Below, piece by piece: positions 1-11,862 of a DNA stretch of 64,000 bases. Under the pieces are notes generated by a model. It was not told where the DNA came from, did no database searches, and worked only from the letters and a program-made list of their open reading frames with translations. Within the stretch, counting starts at the first letter, position 1, and each line of letters begins with the position of its first letter. Source of the DNA: Camelus dromedarius (lineage: Eukaryota); the NCBI RefSeq assembly GCF_036321535.1, contig NC_087451.1, positions 15,686,001 to 15,750,000 of the forward strand. The letters run 5' to 3'. The position numbers and the translations under genes were made by a program.

Positions 1-378
1 GCCTCCTAGCGCACTCACTCTGGGGGAGGCCAGGCACCACATAAGAAGTCCCACCACCCTGAGGCCACCATGCTGGAGAGGCTACATGGAGAAGTCATGT
101 GTAGGCATCTGGCAGACCATCCCCAGCCGAGCCCAGGCTTCCAGGCTTCCCCACCAAGGCACCAGGCATTGAGCAGAGCCACCCTGAACCCTCCAGATTA
201 GTCTGTCCACCAGATGAGTACTCCCAAGCAACTGCCATCAACTCCACGTAGAGCAGATAGGTCAGCTGAGCCCTGTCCAGTTCTGACCCCTAAAATCACA
301 AGCCATAATAAAACTGGTTGCTGTTTTAAGACACTGAATTTGGAGGTAGTTTGTTTTGTGGCAGTAGACAACCACAGT
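1..378 (+). mobile_element. MLT1-like (ERVL-MaLR) LTR remnant, truncated by the window edge
   Basis: Typical MLT1 3' end 'aataaaactggttgctgttttaagacactgaatttggaggtagtttgtt...gcagtagacaac'; recognised by eye, subfamily unassigned. Confidence 0.6.
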
Positions 379-2541
379 ACCATTCCATTGCCTCTTTACA
401 TGGAATGTTGCTGTTGGAAAAAATTGGATGTTAATATGCTTCTAAGGCACTCATATGGGATCTGATCTTTCACTCTACAAGCTTTTAGAATATTCTCTTT
501 GTCTTTCAAATCCTTAAAAGGTCACTGCAATACCGCTAGCTGTGGGCTTTTCCCTCTCTCTCCTCTTTGACATTCTCTGGGCCCTCTCTGCAGCATTCCA
601 GCTTATTTATGGGGCAATTTTCCCCATTAATTCTTCAAACATTTCCTCCTCTACCATTTTTATTTTTGCCTTTCTAGGTCTCCTATTATTCCGATACTAG
701 TACTTCTGTTTGTATCCTCAATAGCTCTTAAGCTTTTTTTAAAAAATATTTTCTTCTTTGTCCTTCCCCTCTTCCTTCTGAGAGATGTCCTCAGTCTGAT
801 CTTTCATTCTCTAACTTGTTCCAAAGTTCTACCCGTTCTGCTATCAGTCCCAACTACTATGTTCTTTATTTGAATTATTATATTTTTCATGCCTAATATT
901 TCTGCCACAAGAGGCAGCAAGATAACCTGACCCTTCCCAAACATATCATTCTACAGCATGGGGTACCAACCATTCTACAGCACGGTTACACATCACTGTT
1001 TTCACTGCAATAAACAACAATGCAACAAGCGACCACGGTTATGCCTCTTTTGCACATACATGTTGAAACCCTTTTCCAGAACAGATTCCAAGTAACAGGG
1101 CCGCTGAGTCATTGCAGCTTTCTTATTTTTAATACCCCGCCAAACTGCCCTCCGAAACAGACATGCTCATTTACACTAACAGCAGCGGCGTTTAAAAGAA
1201 CCAATTTTCCACCCCCTTTGCTAGCTCTTGACATTCTCAAACTTTTATTTCTTACAATCCAGTGGCTGGAAAATGATTTCTCATTGTTGTTTTCGTCTGC
1301 ACTTCCCTAATTACTAATGACACTGAGCATCTTTTCATAGGTTTATTAGCTATTTGAATTTCCTCTTCTAGGAAGTGCCTGTTGGTTTCCTCTGCCCATT
1401 TTTCCACAGGGCCATTTGCCCTTTCTTTGTTATTCGTTCTTCATATGTACACATGTCCGTCTTCTGTCTACTATACACTAGCAAATATTTTCTCCCTGTC
1501 TGCTGCCTGCCTTTTAGCTGGGTTTTATGATCCCCACTTCTCTCCTGCTATTACTGAGCCTGGAAATGGAATGTGGAAACAGGTGTAACCACAGGCCTCT
1601 CAGAAGACACTAGTCACTCCCTCTCCTCTCCTCCAACTGGCTCGCCGGTGCCCTCTGTGCCCTCGTGGAAGCAATTAGCTCTCTGCTCAGGTTACTGGTG
1701 CCCTTCTGTGTTGACTGCCTTGAGTGAGCCCTGGAAGGCCAGGGCTGCATCCCTGTTCCAATGTCTCCCGCGGGGCCCAGCACAGAGCCTCCTATATCAT
1801 GCATCCTGAAACCAAACTGAATTCACAGCCGCTATTAAAAGCCGAATGACTTGATCTCATATATAATTTCACTCACTCTGCTAAGCAGGTATCATTATTG
1901 TCAAACAATGGCTCTCCTCCTTCCCAGAAACAGAAAACAAAACAAGAAGGCATGTGAGCGGGCTCAATGAAATATTAAGCAGCTCTCTCAAACGACGTGG
2001 ACAATGGTTTGTGCGGTTGTTACAGAGACCAGGAGACTGGCAGAAAGGAAGGCGTGTGACCAGACCACATGCCTTAGATCTCTGCTGTCCTCTTTGGGAA
2101 GGGTTTTAGTATTAAAAGGACATTTATTCTCATTAATACAAAATTAAGGAGTTTAAAAAGCTTTTACAACCTAGACTCCCCCTGAGGGGTCAGCTCTAAC
2201 ATCCTAATCGGCCTTCTGCTCTGGCTACTGATTGGAGCCAAGTAGCTCCTGTGGTCCCAGCTGGCCTGATGACCGGCAGAGGAGAGGGAGAGGGCCTGTG
2301 CTGGCTTCTGCAGATACCCAGGCCCATCCTGGGGACCAGTCAAAGGATGCATCACCAGACCCCACTCAAGCTACTGAGACACAAGTCACCACTCCCTTGG
2401 CCCTGGGGAATCGAAACTGCTGACTCTCCAAGCAGAAAGGGATGAATCCAGTGCTCAAATCTCTTTAACTACAGCTGTCCCCACCACCCCCTGCAAAGTA
2501 GTCGTCCAACCTCTGCTTAAAACACCTGCAGTAAAATGTTG

Positions 2542-2675
2542 CTTTTTGTTTGTTTGTTTTTGTTTGGGGGGGAGGCAATTGGGTTTTTATTTATTTTAAT
2601 GGAGGTGCTAGGGATTGAACCCAGGACCTCATGCATGCTAAGAAAACGCTCTACCACTGAGCTATACCCTCTTCC
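2542..2675 (-). mobile_element. tRNA-Ala-derived SINE (camelid type) with A-rich tail and 9-bp target-site duplication
   Basis: Minus strand reads ggaagagggtatagctcagtggtagagcg...gggttcaatccctagcacctcca plus tail; aaaatgttg at 2533-2541 and 2676-2684. Confidence 0.85.
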
Positions 2676-2934
2676 AAAATGTTGGTATTTTTGAAGCTGG
2701 ATAATGGGTATGTGTCAGTTCATAATACTGTTTTCCCTACTTTGATGTCCCCATAGAACTTTTTATAATTAAAAAAAAATTTATTTCTTTTAATGCTTAC
2801 TGTAACAGGAGCTCACAACTTCCTACAGGAGCCTAACCCTTCCGCGGACCTTCTGCTGGGAAGTTCCTCCTGCCACTGAGCTATTGTGCCCCACTGTGTC
2901 TCTGGTCCTCCCCGAGGCCTTTCAGAGTTCAGTT

Positions 2935-3140
2935 CCTGACATCAGACAGACTCAGGTTTGAAAGCTGGAGTCACCACTTGCTGCCACGTAGCCCTGAGCA
3001 TATTATATTAACCTCCCTGAACCTCAACTTCTCATCTGCACAAAAGGGACAATAGTATGACCCACGTCATAAGGGTGTCAGGAAAATTCAATGAGCTCAA
3101 GCAGGTCACATCCTTAGCTCAGCACCTGGCATGCAAAGTG
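2935..3140 (+). mobile_element. MIR SINE remnant
   Basis: 'cctcaacttctcatctgcacaaaagggacaatagtatgacccacgtcataagggtgtcagg' resembles the MIR core. Confidence 0.55.
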
Positions 3141-3691
3141 CTCATTGCTGTATTGCTGGCTTAGTTCTCCTCCTGGAGGCCAAAGAGAACAGGCCACCCA
3201 CCTCTGCACTGTGGCAGACCTTCTGAAATAAAACAGCCAAATAAATAATGCTTGGCAAGTGCGCCCATGAAAAGGACGCACCTTGAAATTTAAAAAGCAC
3301 AAATATCTGTGATTAGGTTAAACCACAAAAACTATGCCCAAATTCAAAAGCACTTCCTCTATGTCCTGGTATCCTCTGCAGCTATACTAATTTCTTAGTT
3401 GTTGACACAGATGCTCCAAGACATCGGCCCAAATAGAGAAAGCTGTAGAAAATCCACTCCGTGGACTCCAACAGAGAATCAGAGAGAACTCACTCTTCTC
3501 CCTTTCCCTGCTCATGAAGCTTGTGTGAGCAGGCAGTTTGCTTGTTCATTACACATTTGAACAAGACAGGCTATACACAGAACACAAGACACAGCAGGAT
3601 AAGCTGACCCTTCACGAAGAGCCCCTGGCGGCACTTTTCTGGCTCCAGGGTGACTGTCAACAGCGTGTGATCACTCCCAAGCCCAGCATAC

Positions 3692-3833
3692 CTTGGCCTG
3701 TCTTCCAAAACATGACTCCATGCATCTGTCCCGACACTCCGATGCTGCAGACCTTCCGCAGCTGCTGCCGGGGAAGAGCAGCAAGGCACTCATTGAGGGC
3801 CTGGATGATTCTCCTCACATCCTGCTCTTGGCC
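3692..3833 (-). CDS. SHPK: Sedoheptulokinase exon 2 (142 nt; GQEQDVRRIIQALNECLAALPRQQLRKVCSIGVSGQMHGVMFWKTGQ-G); later exons lie left of the window
   Basis: Acceptor tttccag, donor gtatgc; FGGY-kinase GVSGQMHG motif; phase continues from exon 1. Confidence 0.96.
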
Positions 3834-5019
3834 CTGGAAACAGAACAGGACACGCTGCACAGAAGTGTACACACAGGTGGGGGAGGAGGGCAGAGGACTC
3901 AAGGGATTTCCTGGGTGGTGGCTGCCCAGCTATTTCCACCGAGGTCATTTCCAGGACCAGCTGACCAGCCTCAGGGAAGAGATGTGGGCCAGTGGGGTCT
4001 CTGCCACCTCCAGTGGGGCCTGGAGTAGGAATGTGGTGGGTGAGATCCCACTCCTCCCTTCACAGATGAGGTGCTACCGCGGACCACCCAGGCTCTACCG
4101 TCTGCTATGGGAGAGTCTGAGCCAACAGGGGCTTACAGTCCAGCAGGATGGACAGGAAAACACAAGAAAGGCCATCCTGCAAAGAAAAACAATGCCAAGG
4201 TCTTTGGTGAGGCACATGGAGCGTTGGGGGAAGGGGAAGATGAAACCCAGCAGGGAGGAACCCAGCAAGAAAGATGTAATTAAGAAAGACCTCCAGGACT
4301 AAAGCACTTGAGGACAGGACCTAGTGTTGGCTTCTACTCAAGTTTCATTTCATCCATCTGGCAAACATTTCCTGACTGCCCTGAGGACCAGGCCCTGGAC
4401 TTGGAAACAAAAACCCACCTAGGGAAGGCAAGCAAGGAGGAAGCCCAGGGGACAGCTGGGCACTGCACCAGGGGGATGGGCAGTGGTGGGTGGTGGTGTA
4501 GGAGACAAGGCTGGAGAAGAGGAGAGTCTGGGACCCAATCAGTGAGGGGCTCTGCCCAAAAAAGGTAGTGGGGAGCACCTGGGGCTTTCTGAATGGGAAA
4601 GTATCATCATCAGAGCTGTGTTTTCAGAAGACTAATTGGGCAAAGGGTTTAGCTATACACAGAGACTGAGAGTGTGGGAAGATTTTCCCAGGGTGGAAAA
4701 GAGATTCAGGAAAGTCAGGACCATCTTTTCCCTGATTTGCCTTTTTTTCTCACTTCCTGCCTCTTTGAAAATGTCTCTAGGCATAACCTTGAAAGACAAA
4801 GGCATGCAAGATAGACAGAATATAATTCAACAGCATATTAATGTCTCTAAGCATCCTGTAGTCCTAAAAGACAAGCATATGAAATGAATGCAGGATTTGG
4901 AAAAGTTCAAAGGTCTTGGGAGGCAGATGGGAAAATGCATTTAGGTATCTTAGAGCTAACAAAATGCCAAATCCAATCAAGCAGTAATATAATATATATA
5001 TATTATATATATATAACAA

Positions 5020-5085
5020 AATCACTTTGCTGTACACCTGAAATCAACACACTATTGTAAATCAACTATACTTCAATTTTTTAAG
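5020..5085 (+). mobile_element. LINE-1 extreme 3' tip
   Basis: 'tcactttgctgtacacctgaaatcaacacactattgtaaatcaactatacttcaat' matches the common laurasiatherian L1 3' end. Confidence 0.6.
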
Positions 5086-5989
5086 AAAACAAAAAGGACT
5101 TGAAACATATAAGAGCATTTAAGGTTTACACAGCTATGTATTTAATTTATTAGATTTATAAGAATTATTTAAGTATTCTGAAAAGATTCAGGTCAGATAA
5201 CTGTAGTACCTAAAAAAGAAGATATATTAAATGTATACTGCAGTTTAAAACATCTAAGGCATTTAATTTAATTTAACTAATATGGCATTGAGTATTATTC
5301 AGAGGCCCTCAAAAACAAGGGATAAAATGTTAGGCTTATAAATGGAATAGTCTTTATAAGCTAAATTTAAAAGCTTAAGTAAGAACTAGAGTTCTGAATT
5401 TAATAAATTGAATACTTATTTTGATCTCTAGCAAAGTAAAGTATTTGGGACACACAAAAATCACCTCACAGAATAAACTCACACATTACAACGCTAAGGA
5501 TCCAGGGAACATTCAGAGGGGAAGAGAAATGTGGCTCAGCTCTTAAGCAACCTCTGTTCTTTGGGGAACTGGAAAAGCTCAAGATGTTGAATAAGCATCT
5601 GAAGACTGAGCCCTCAGGCCCTTTGTTCCCTCCAGCAGGCAGTGCAGGCCTCCCCTCCTCCCAACAAACCCTTCCTGTGTCCCCTGTGGGCCTGCCGGCC
5701 TGGGGCTGAGGCAGCACTTGGCTCCAGACACACAGGACCAAAGAAGCAGAAAGAAGGAAGGTAGGAGAGGTGAGATGGGGAAGGAGCGGAGGGGGAGCAC
5801 ACTGCATTTTCTCGAGGAGGCAGCCCTACATCCTAACAAGACTCTCTATGCAGGAGACATTACAGCAGAACTGCCTGGGCAGTAAACGACGGGGCAGAGA
5901 GGAGGTGCATGGCTGTGCCTGACCCCCTAGGAGGGAAGAAAGAAGCGGGCAAAAGAAGAAGGAAGTGGGGAAGAGACCTTTGTTTAAAC

Positions 5990-6407
5990 CTGCCCTGTCC
6001 AACGCAGTCATTAATGACACGTGGCTAGTCTGAACTGAAATGTGCTGTCACTGTCAACTATGTATCAGATTTCAGGTTTAGTAGGAAAAGAAAAAGCACA
6101 CTAGCCACTTAATAATTTTATATTGATTATTACATATTGAAATGATATGTTTGGATACATTGGGTTAAATAAAATATGCAATTAAAATTAATTTCACTGG
6201 TTCCTTTTCACAGTTTATTGGGGGTGCGAGTAATTAGGTTTATTTGTTTATGTATTTAATGGAGGTACTGGGGGTTGAACCCAGGATCTCCTGCATGCTA
6301 AACACACTACCACTGAGCTGTATCCTCCCCTCTTTACAGTTTTTTTTAATACGGCTACAAAAGTTGAAAATTACCCACGTGGTTCATATTTCTATTGGAC
6401 AGGGCTG
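5990..6407. mobile_element. MER33/MER3-like hAT-Charlie MITE interrupted by a younger SINE
   Basis: TIRs ctgccctgtccaa (5990-6002) and ttggacagggctg (6395-6407); degenerate 8-bp TSD gtttaaac/gttcaaag. Confidence 0.75.
6217..6330 (-). mobile_element. tRNA-derived camelid-type SINE nested in the MITE
   Basis: 'ggaggtactgggggttgaacccaggatctcctgcatgctaaacacactaccactgagctgtatcctcccc'; flanked by acagttt repeats. Confidence 0.8.
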
Positions 6408-6982
6408 GTTCAAAGAGCTCCCACATGGCCATCAGACGTTGGGTGCATGAACCCAAGACAGAGGAGCTGCTATTTAAAAATGGGCCCAGGGTGGGTGAGC
6501 TGTGTGGGTGAGGACAGCGGAGAAGGAAAATGGGCCAGATGGGAGTGAAGACAAGTCAGTGTGTGGCAGTTAGTTCGCATTTTAGTGGTGAGGGAGACGG
6601 GGGAGGAATTCCTGGACAATGGGTACACCCACAATGTAACAGGAAAGGCACTGCCCCCATTCCCTGCTCCAGAATATCAATTGATCGACGACCAGGTCAT
6701 ATCCTGGAATTTCAGATTTGAAAAAAGAACTTAGAAACTCATTCAATCCTCCTCCCCCCAACACCCTTTTTACAGATGGGGAAACTGAAGCCCAGAGAAG
6801 GAAAATGAGTAACTCAGAGTCACAGAGCTTCCCTCAAAAATCCTGATATTTTAAAGTTCAAAGAGCTAAAAGTCTGACCTTCCACATGGCTGCCAGACTT
6901 GACCGTGGTATACACAATATTTCTAAAGAGAGAGAAGGATGGAAATGAGGAAAGAACAGAGTCACCAGGTGTTTCCATAGAT

Positions 6983-7199
6983 CAGTAGTTCTCACCCCAG
7001 GGGTGATTTTTGTCCCCTAGAAAAAATTTGGCAACATGAAGAAATTTGAGGGTGTCACAGTTGGAAAGGAGGATTCTACGGCATGCAGAGGGTTAGAGGC
7101 CAGGAATGCTGCGAAACATCCTATGATCCACAGGACAGCCCCCACAACAAAGAATCATCCAACCCGAAATAGCAACAGTGCCAAGGTTGGGAATTCCTG
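6983..7199 (+). mobile_element. MER20 hAT-Charlie DNA transposon
   Basis: cagtagttctca...gccaaggttgggaattcctg with near-identical 8-bp TSD ccatagat/ctatagat. Confidence 0.85.
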
Positions 7200-7910
7200 C
7201 TATAGATGAAATTACAGCAATGCCGTTTGTCCCAGAGCAGAAGACACATGTGGAGGATGCAATGGGGGCTATTACTGCCCCCTCTAAACCCCTCCTTAGG
7301 CAGGGGTGGAGCACTGGGTGTGCCTATAAACACGGAAGAGCCTGCTGAACACTAGGGGATGGGAAGAAAGCAAGAATTACCAAGAAAAGGGCACTGCCTA
7401 AACCCACTCCCTGTAATCCCAGCTTGGCTCCTCACCTCCACAGGGTCAGAGCTGACTTTGCCTCCATTTCACAGTCCATGAAGTGAGATAATCATTCTAA
7501 AATGCCCTGATGCCCCAACCAAACTAATTTTGAAAGGCTCTATGAAAATGCAACGTGCTCCTGAAATCTATCCTCTGAAATGCTTCTGAGCAAGATGGAC
7601 TCTGAACCCTGTAGAACTGAGTCCAGGTATGTAGCAACAGTTTGTGAAATACAAACCTGTTCGGAGTGGGACTGGGCTCAGAAAACTGAGGTTTATGACT
7701 GGAAGGGATCATAGAAGTCATCTATTTCAAGTTGGAGAACAAGCTGAGATCCAGAAGAAAAAGTCATGAGGTTACACAGAAAGTTTCTTGATGTCAATTT
7801 CTATTGTCAATTAACTGAATATAGAGCTACCTTTTCCAGGGAATTAATGGAATTCAGAACTGAAGATTGACATCCTTTCTGAACCCACATCTTACAGCTG
7901 AGCCTACAGC

Positions 7911-8530
7911 AGTGAAATTCTCCATTTCTACCTTGTAGCTTTCACAAAACACTAGTTTTCATGTATAATTATCGGTCTGAACTTTTCCAAACATTTTAAT
8001 CAAGGTATCTCTCAATGTCTTTCTATCCATCTTGGCATCTTTCCTCCAAAGTGTCTCAGCCTTCAGGGCAGGAGGGACGTTTCCTGTCCAAGTATTTGGG
8101 TTCCTCCCTCCACATTCCACTCCTGCGGGATGAGAGACTAGCAGGTTACTCCTGATTCTGCATCTGATTTCTCAAGGAAAACTCAGGCACTGCCCTGGGG
8201 AACAAACTGAATCCTGAATTTGAGGACGCTGGCAGATGCAAGGAGCAGAGAGCAGCAAGAATGAGCAGGCCTGAGATCACTCCATATACGAAGAGCAATT
8301 TCCCGCAGGTACAGAAAGTGGAGGGCAGAGAGCACGGGGATTCAGCGCCAAGGGCAAGGCTCCCAGAGACGGCCAGAGAGTAGGGGAGATCGGTGCCAGC
8401 AGGTAGGAAAGCTCCTGGGACGAAACCTAACGGATGGAGGGAGTTGCAGCAGGCAGGCAGGGATCAGACAGGCTGGAGCAGCCAGGGAATCCTCTTTGAG
8501 GAGGAAGAGGGAGTCAGAAGACTCCTGGAG
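7911..8530 (+). repeat. Copy A of a local ~600-bp direct repeat (in SHPK intron 1)
   Basis: First 29 nt identical to 10338-10366; colinear at offset 2427. Confidence 0.85.
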
Positions 8531-8546
8531 GAGGCGGCTGCCTCAC

Positions 8547-8714
8547 CTGGGGCCCGGCTGCCGCGCTCTGGGCCGCCACCTCGGCTCGCGCAGCCCGGGC
8601 ACAGCTCGCCAGTACCACGAACCCGGAAGGGTCGCCAGGCGTGGCCTCCACCAGGGCCACCTTCACAGACGTGGTGCCCAGGTCGATGCCCAGAGTGACA
8701 GACCCTGCAGCCAT
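8547..8714 (-). CDS. SHPK: Sedoheptulokinase exon 1 (56 aa, MAAGSVTLGIDLGTTSVKVALV...AAGPQ)
   Basis: GIDLGTTSVK phosphate-binding motif of FGGY kinases; donor cag|gtgagg; 168 nt, phase 0. Confidence 0.97.
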
Positions 8715-9189
8715 TGCAGAGAAGACGAGCGCAGCTTGCGTCCCAAGCCGAGGCGCTCACTCCTGCACACTTCACCCTGACAAGGCGCCGAGGCGGGGCA
8801 TCGCCTGCCAATCTTTCTAGCCACGCGCAACACAGGGAATACTCGTCTTCCCATTGGTTGAGGGAGGCGGAGTGTCGCGCCACTCGAGCGACGGGCCCCG
8901 GCTATAGGCGGAGCGGCGGCGGAAGGCGGGACTAGAGGTCCCGCTCCTCAGGACCGGGTTTGCGACTTGAACCAAGGCTTCCTCCTTGCTCATCCAAATA
9001 CCTCGGGGTTCCCGGTCGGGCTCTGGGGGATGAGAGAGTCTCTGTGGCCCTAATAGTGACTTATTACTCCCACAAACCCAAGCCCCTATCCCTGCCAAGT
9101 TGCCTGCGCCTCTCCGCTTCGCCCCAACCCCCAATTGTCCCGCTGAGACTCGTGAAAACTACAACTCCCAGGGTGCATCGCGCCAGATC

Positions 9190-9331
9190 TGCACTCCGCG
9201 AATCAGGTGGCTCGCGTCAGGTGACTTCTGACCCGCCCCACAGTAAGTCAAGCCGGCCCGGGGAAGCGGGCACAGTCTGAGGAGGCTCCTGCGTCCCTTG
9301 TGGTGCGTCCCCTGAGCCTGGAGGATCTCAG
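9190..9331 (+). other. CTNS: CTNS non-coding exon 1 (start approximate; alternative donor GTAAGT at 9243)
   Basis: Donor tctcag|gtgaga at 9332; position within the island; transcription start not determinable from sequence. Confidence 0.45.
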
Positions 9332-9610
9332 GTGAGAGCCGGCGCGGCCCCAACAGTCTCCCCTCTTCATTTCCCAGGCGGACCCCCTGAGGCCCAGAGG
9401 CAAGTCAGTTGGGCAGCCTGCCGCGCATCCAGCCTCTCAGCCGCGCCAGGTTTCGGCCCCCTGCCACCAGTCCCGGCCTCGCGGCACCGGACAGCCCCCG
9501 GGTTGAAGGGCTCGGGTAATAGTGAGTGGAGGCAGGAGACACCGGGCTGCCGAGGTGGTGTGGGGGGTTCTACTCCAGTGCAGGTTAGCGCCCCTTTCCC
9601 GCCTTCTTAG

Positions 9611-9860
9611 TTGCCACCTGAACCTGGGTCGTGGAGTTTGCAGAATGCTTTGCAGAGGGGAGACCCCCGAGAGGACCACTTCCGGGACTCCTTTTGGGAT
9701 ACTGAGCGCCAGGCTGGGAGAGTGGGCAGGATGAGACCCGGCCCCGCCCTTCAGGGCTTTTAGGCTGGAGTAAGGGAGCCTGAACCTGGGCCCTGACTTT
9801 TTCAACGATATTGAGGAGAATAACAACCTAGGCTTCATGAGAGCTTGCTAGGTGCCCTAG
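9611..9860 (+). other. CTNS: CTNS putative non-coding exon 2
   Basis: Acceptor ccctttccccgccttcttag and donor ctag|gtaaca; human CTNS has two non-coding exons; boundaries inferred. Confidence 0.45.
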
Positions 9861-10337
9861 GTAACAGGTATATTTACTTTACATCATTGTTTCTTAGCCT
9901 TTTTTCCTTACCAACCCCCATCCCTTGGAATTTTAATACTGCTGGTAAACTCTGTTCATGTGCTGTGGCCCTTTGGAGGGCCACAAACCCTGCTTAACAT
10001 TTCATCTCATTTAAGTCCTATGACTTAGTTCCCACTGTCCCTGTTTTCACGTTAGGAAAATGAAGTTTGAGGAGGTCAAGTAGCACCCCAAAGTCACACA
10101 ACTGATAAATGGGGAGCCCAGGTTCAAACCCGTGCTGTCAGTCTCCAGGGCACGCATTCTTTGCCCTGGAAGTACTTGTATCACTTCTCCAACAGGAGAT
10201 CCAGGGAGTTTCAGATTCCAGATACCCGAGTGAGTGGAGCTGCCACAGGAGACTCCTGACTCCAAGCTGAAGCAGGTGACATCTGAGTGAGGCCTGGAAG
10301 ATAGAACTTACGCAGCATACTAGACAGAACCCATTAT

Positions 10338-10975
10338 AGTGAAATTCTCCATTTCTACCTTGTAGCATTCACAAGACACTAGTTTTTGTGTATAATTATT
10401 AACTTGATCTCTTTCTAACATTTTAATTGACCATGTATCTTTCAAGGTCTTTCCATCTGTCCTGATGTCTCATCCAAGTTGTGTCAGCCTTTGGGGCCAG
10501 AGGACTTTTGCCATCCAAGTGTTTGTGTTCCTCCATCCACATTCCACTCCTACGGGATGAGAGAGGAGCTGGTTAGGCCTGATTCCGCATCTGAGTTCCC
10601 AAGGAAAACCCAGACTCTGCCCTAGGGAACAGACTGAATCCTGAGCTTGAGGACATCAGCAAGTGTGAAGAGCAAAGAGTGGCAGGAATGAGGGGGAGGT
10701 CATTCCACAGGAGAGCAATTCCCCTGCAGGTCAGGGTACAGAAAGTAGAGGGGCAGAGACCCCACGGATACAGCGCCCTGGGCAAGGGCCCCAGAGGAGA
10801 CCATAGAGGGGACAGATCAGTGCCAGCAGGTGAGAAGTCTCCTGAGATAAGACTTAATGATCAGGTAGAGCTGCAGGAAGCAGAGACCCCTGGAGAAGAC
10901 AGGGGCAGCAGAGGTCAGGCAAGCTGGGTCAGAGAGCTTTTTTGAGTGAGGGGAGAATCAGGAGGGCCCTCAGGA
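10338..10975 (+). repeat. Copy B of the local direct repeat (in CTNS intron 2)
   Basis: 10518-10587 aligns to 8091-8160 with 10 mismatches in 70 nt. Confidence 0.85.
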
Positions 10976-11801
10976 CCTTTGGGGGACAATGAAACCCGAG
11001 TGGGAGCAGGGATGTTTCCACCCAGACCTCTTCTAGCTCTCTCACAGTTTGCAGGAATCCTCAGAAGCCATCAGATATGGCAGAGCCTGAGCACTGTACC
11101 CTGAGGCAGCATGTGGAAACCGAGTTATAGACATTTAGCTGATCTGCCCATCTTGACCTGTGGTTCACCTGCCGTGCGTGGGGGTTATGGGTATGCAGCA
11201 GCCCATCTCCCTCACTTAACCGATGAGCTGCTCCAGAGCTGGTCTGGGGCTTCCCCTCCCTGGGTCCCGTTGTAGGTGATCCCTGCCCGTCCTGGAGTGA
11301 TGACCCTTGCCCAGTGAAAAAAATCTTGATCAAGGGTCATTAGCCCATAGACACTTATCCCAGGGTGGGAAATGAAATTCATTTCTTTAAGATTTATAGA
11401 TTCACAAAGTCAAATATCTGACTGCCATTTTAATACCTTTTTAAAAAAAGAACCCCCAGGAAATAAGGCTGCATTCTTTCTTTCTGTTAACTAGGTTGCA
11501 TGAAGCAGTTGAAGAGGGAAAAATTCAGCGTTTGTCCACTTCCCCAGGGTGGGACCTTACACAATCCGCTAGTTTCTCTGAGCCCGTTTCCCCACATATC
11601 AAAAAAAGATAAGTCTTCCTCGGGGTCCCCTTCTCCCAGCTGGTGATGCAAAGTCACAAGTGTGAAGTGAAAGTCCTTTATGAACTGTCTGTGCCATGGT
11701 TCCAAGTGGCATATTGTCCACTTGTTGCTAAGCTGATCCAACTTTAACCTGAACTTCTCTTGCTGTTTGTTTTTCTTCCTAGTTCTTTGAAATCAAGGAA
11801 C

Positions 11802-11862
11802 ATGATAAGGAGGTGGCTGGTTATTTTTATCCTTTTGCCCCTGAAGCTCATAGAGAAATGTG
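11802..11862 (+). CDS. CTNS: Cystinosin exon 3, first coding exon (MIRRWLVIFILLPLKLIEKC-)
   Basis: Acceptor at 11781-82, 19-nt UTR, ATG at 11802, donor g|gtaagt; matches the cystinosin N-terminus. Confidence 0.95.

Larger units (their letters stand above)
8530..9560. promoter_or_regulatory. CpG island / SHPK-CTNS bidirectional promoter
   Basis: Dense CpG; CCAAT (~8806) and ATTGG (~8853) boxes, GC boxes (~8783, ~8862), CLEAR-like GTCAGGTGAC at 9216-9225; head-to-head layout as known in human. Confidence 0.85.

Noticed and set aside
2600-2675. tRNA-Ala(AGC)-like sequence on the minus strand (also 6250-6330)
   Set aside because: Followed by the SINE-specific tail and A-rich end and flanked by TSDs, with mismatches in the stems; a SINE, not a tRNA gene
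3538-4302. Longest ORF in the track (254 aa, +)
   Set aside because: TTG start, antisense to SHPK exon 2, runs into purine-rich repeat-like DNA; no recognisable domain
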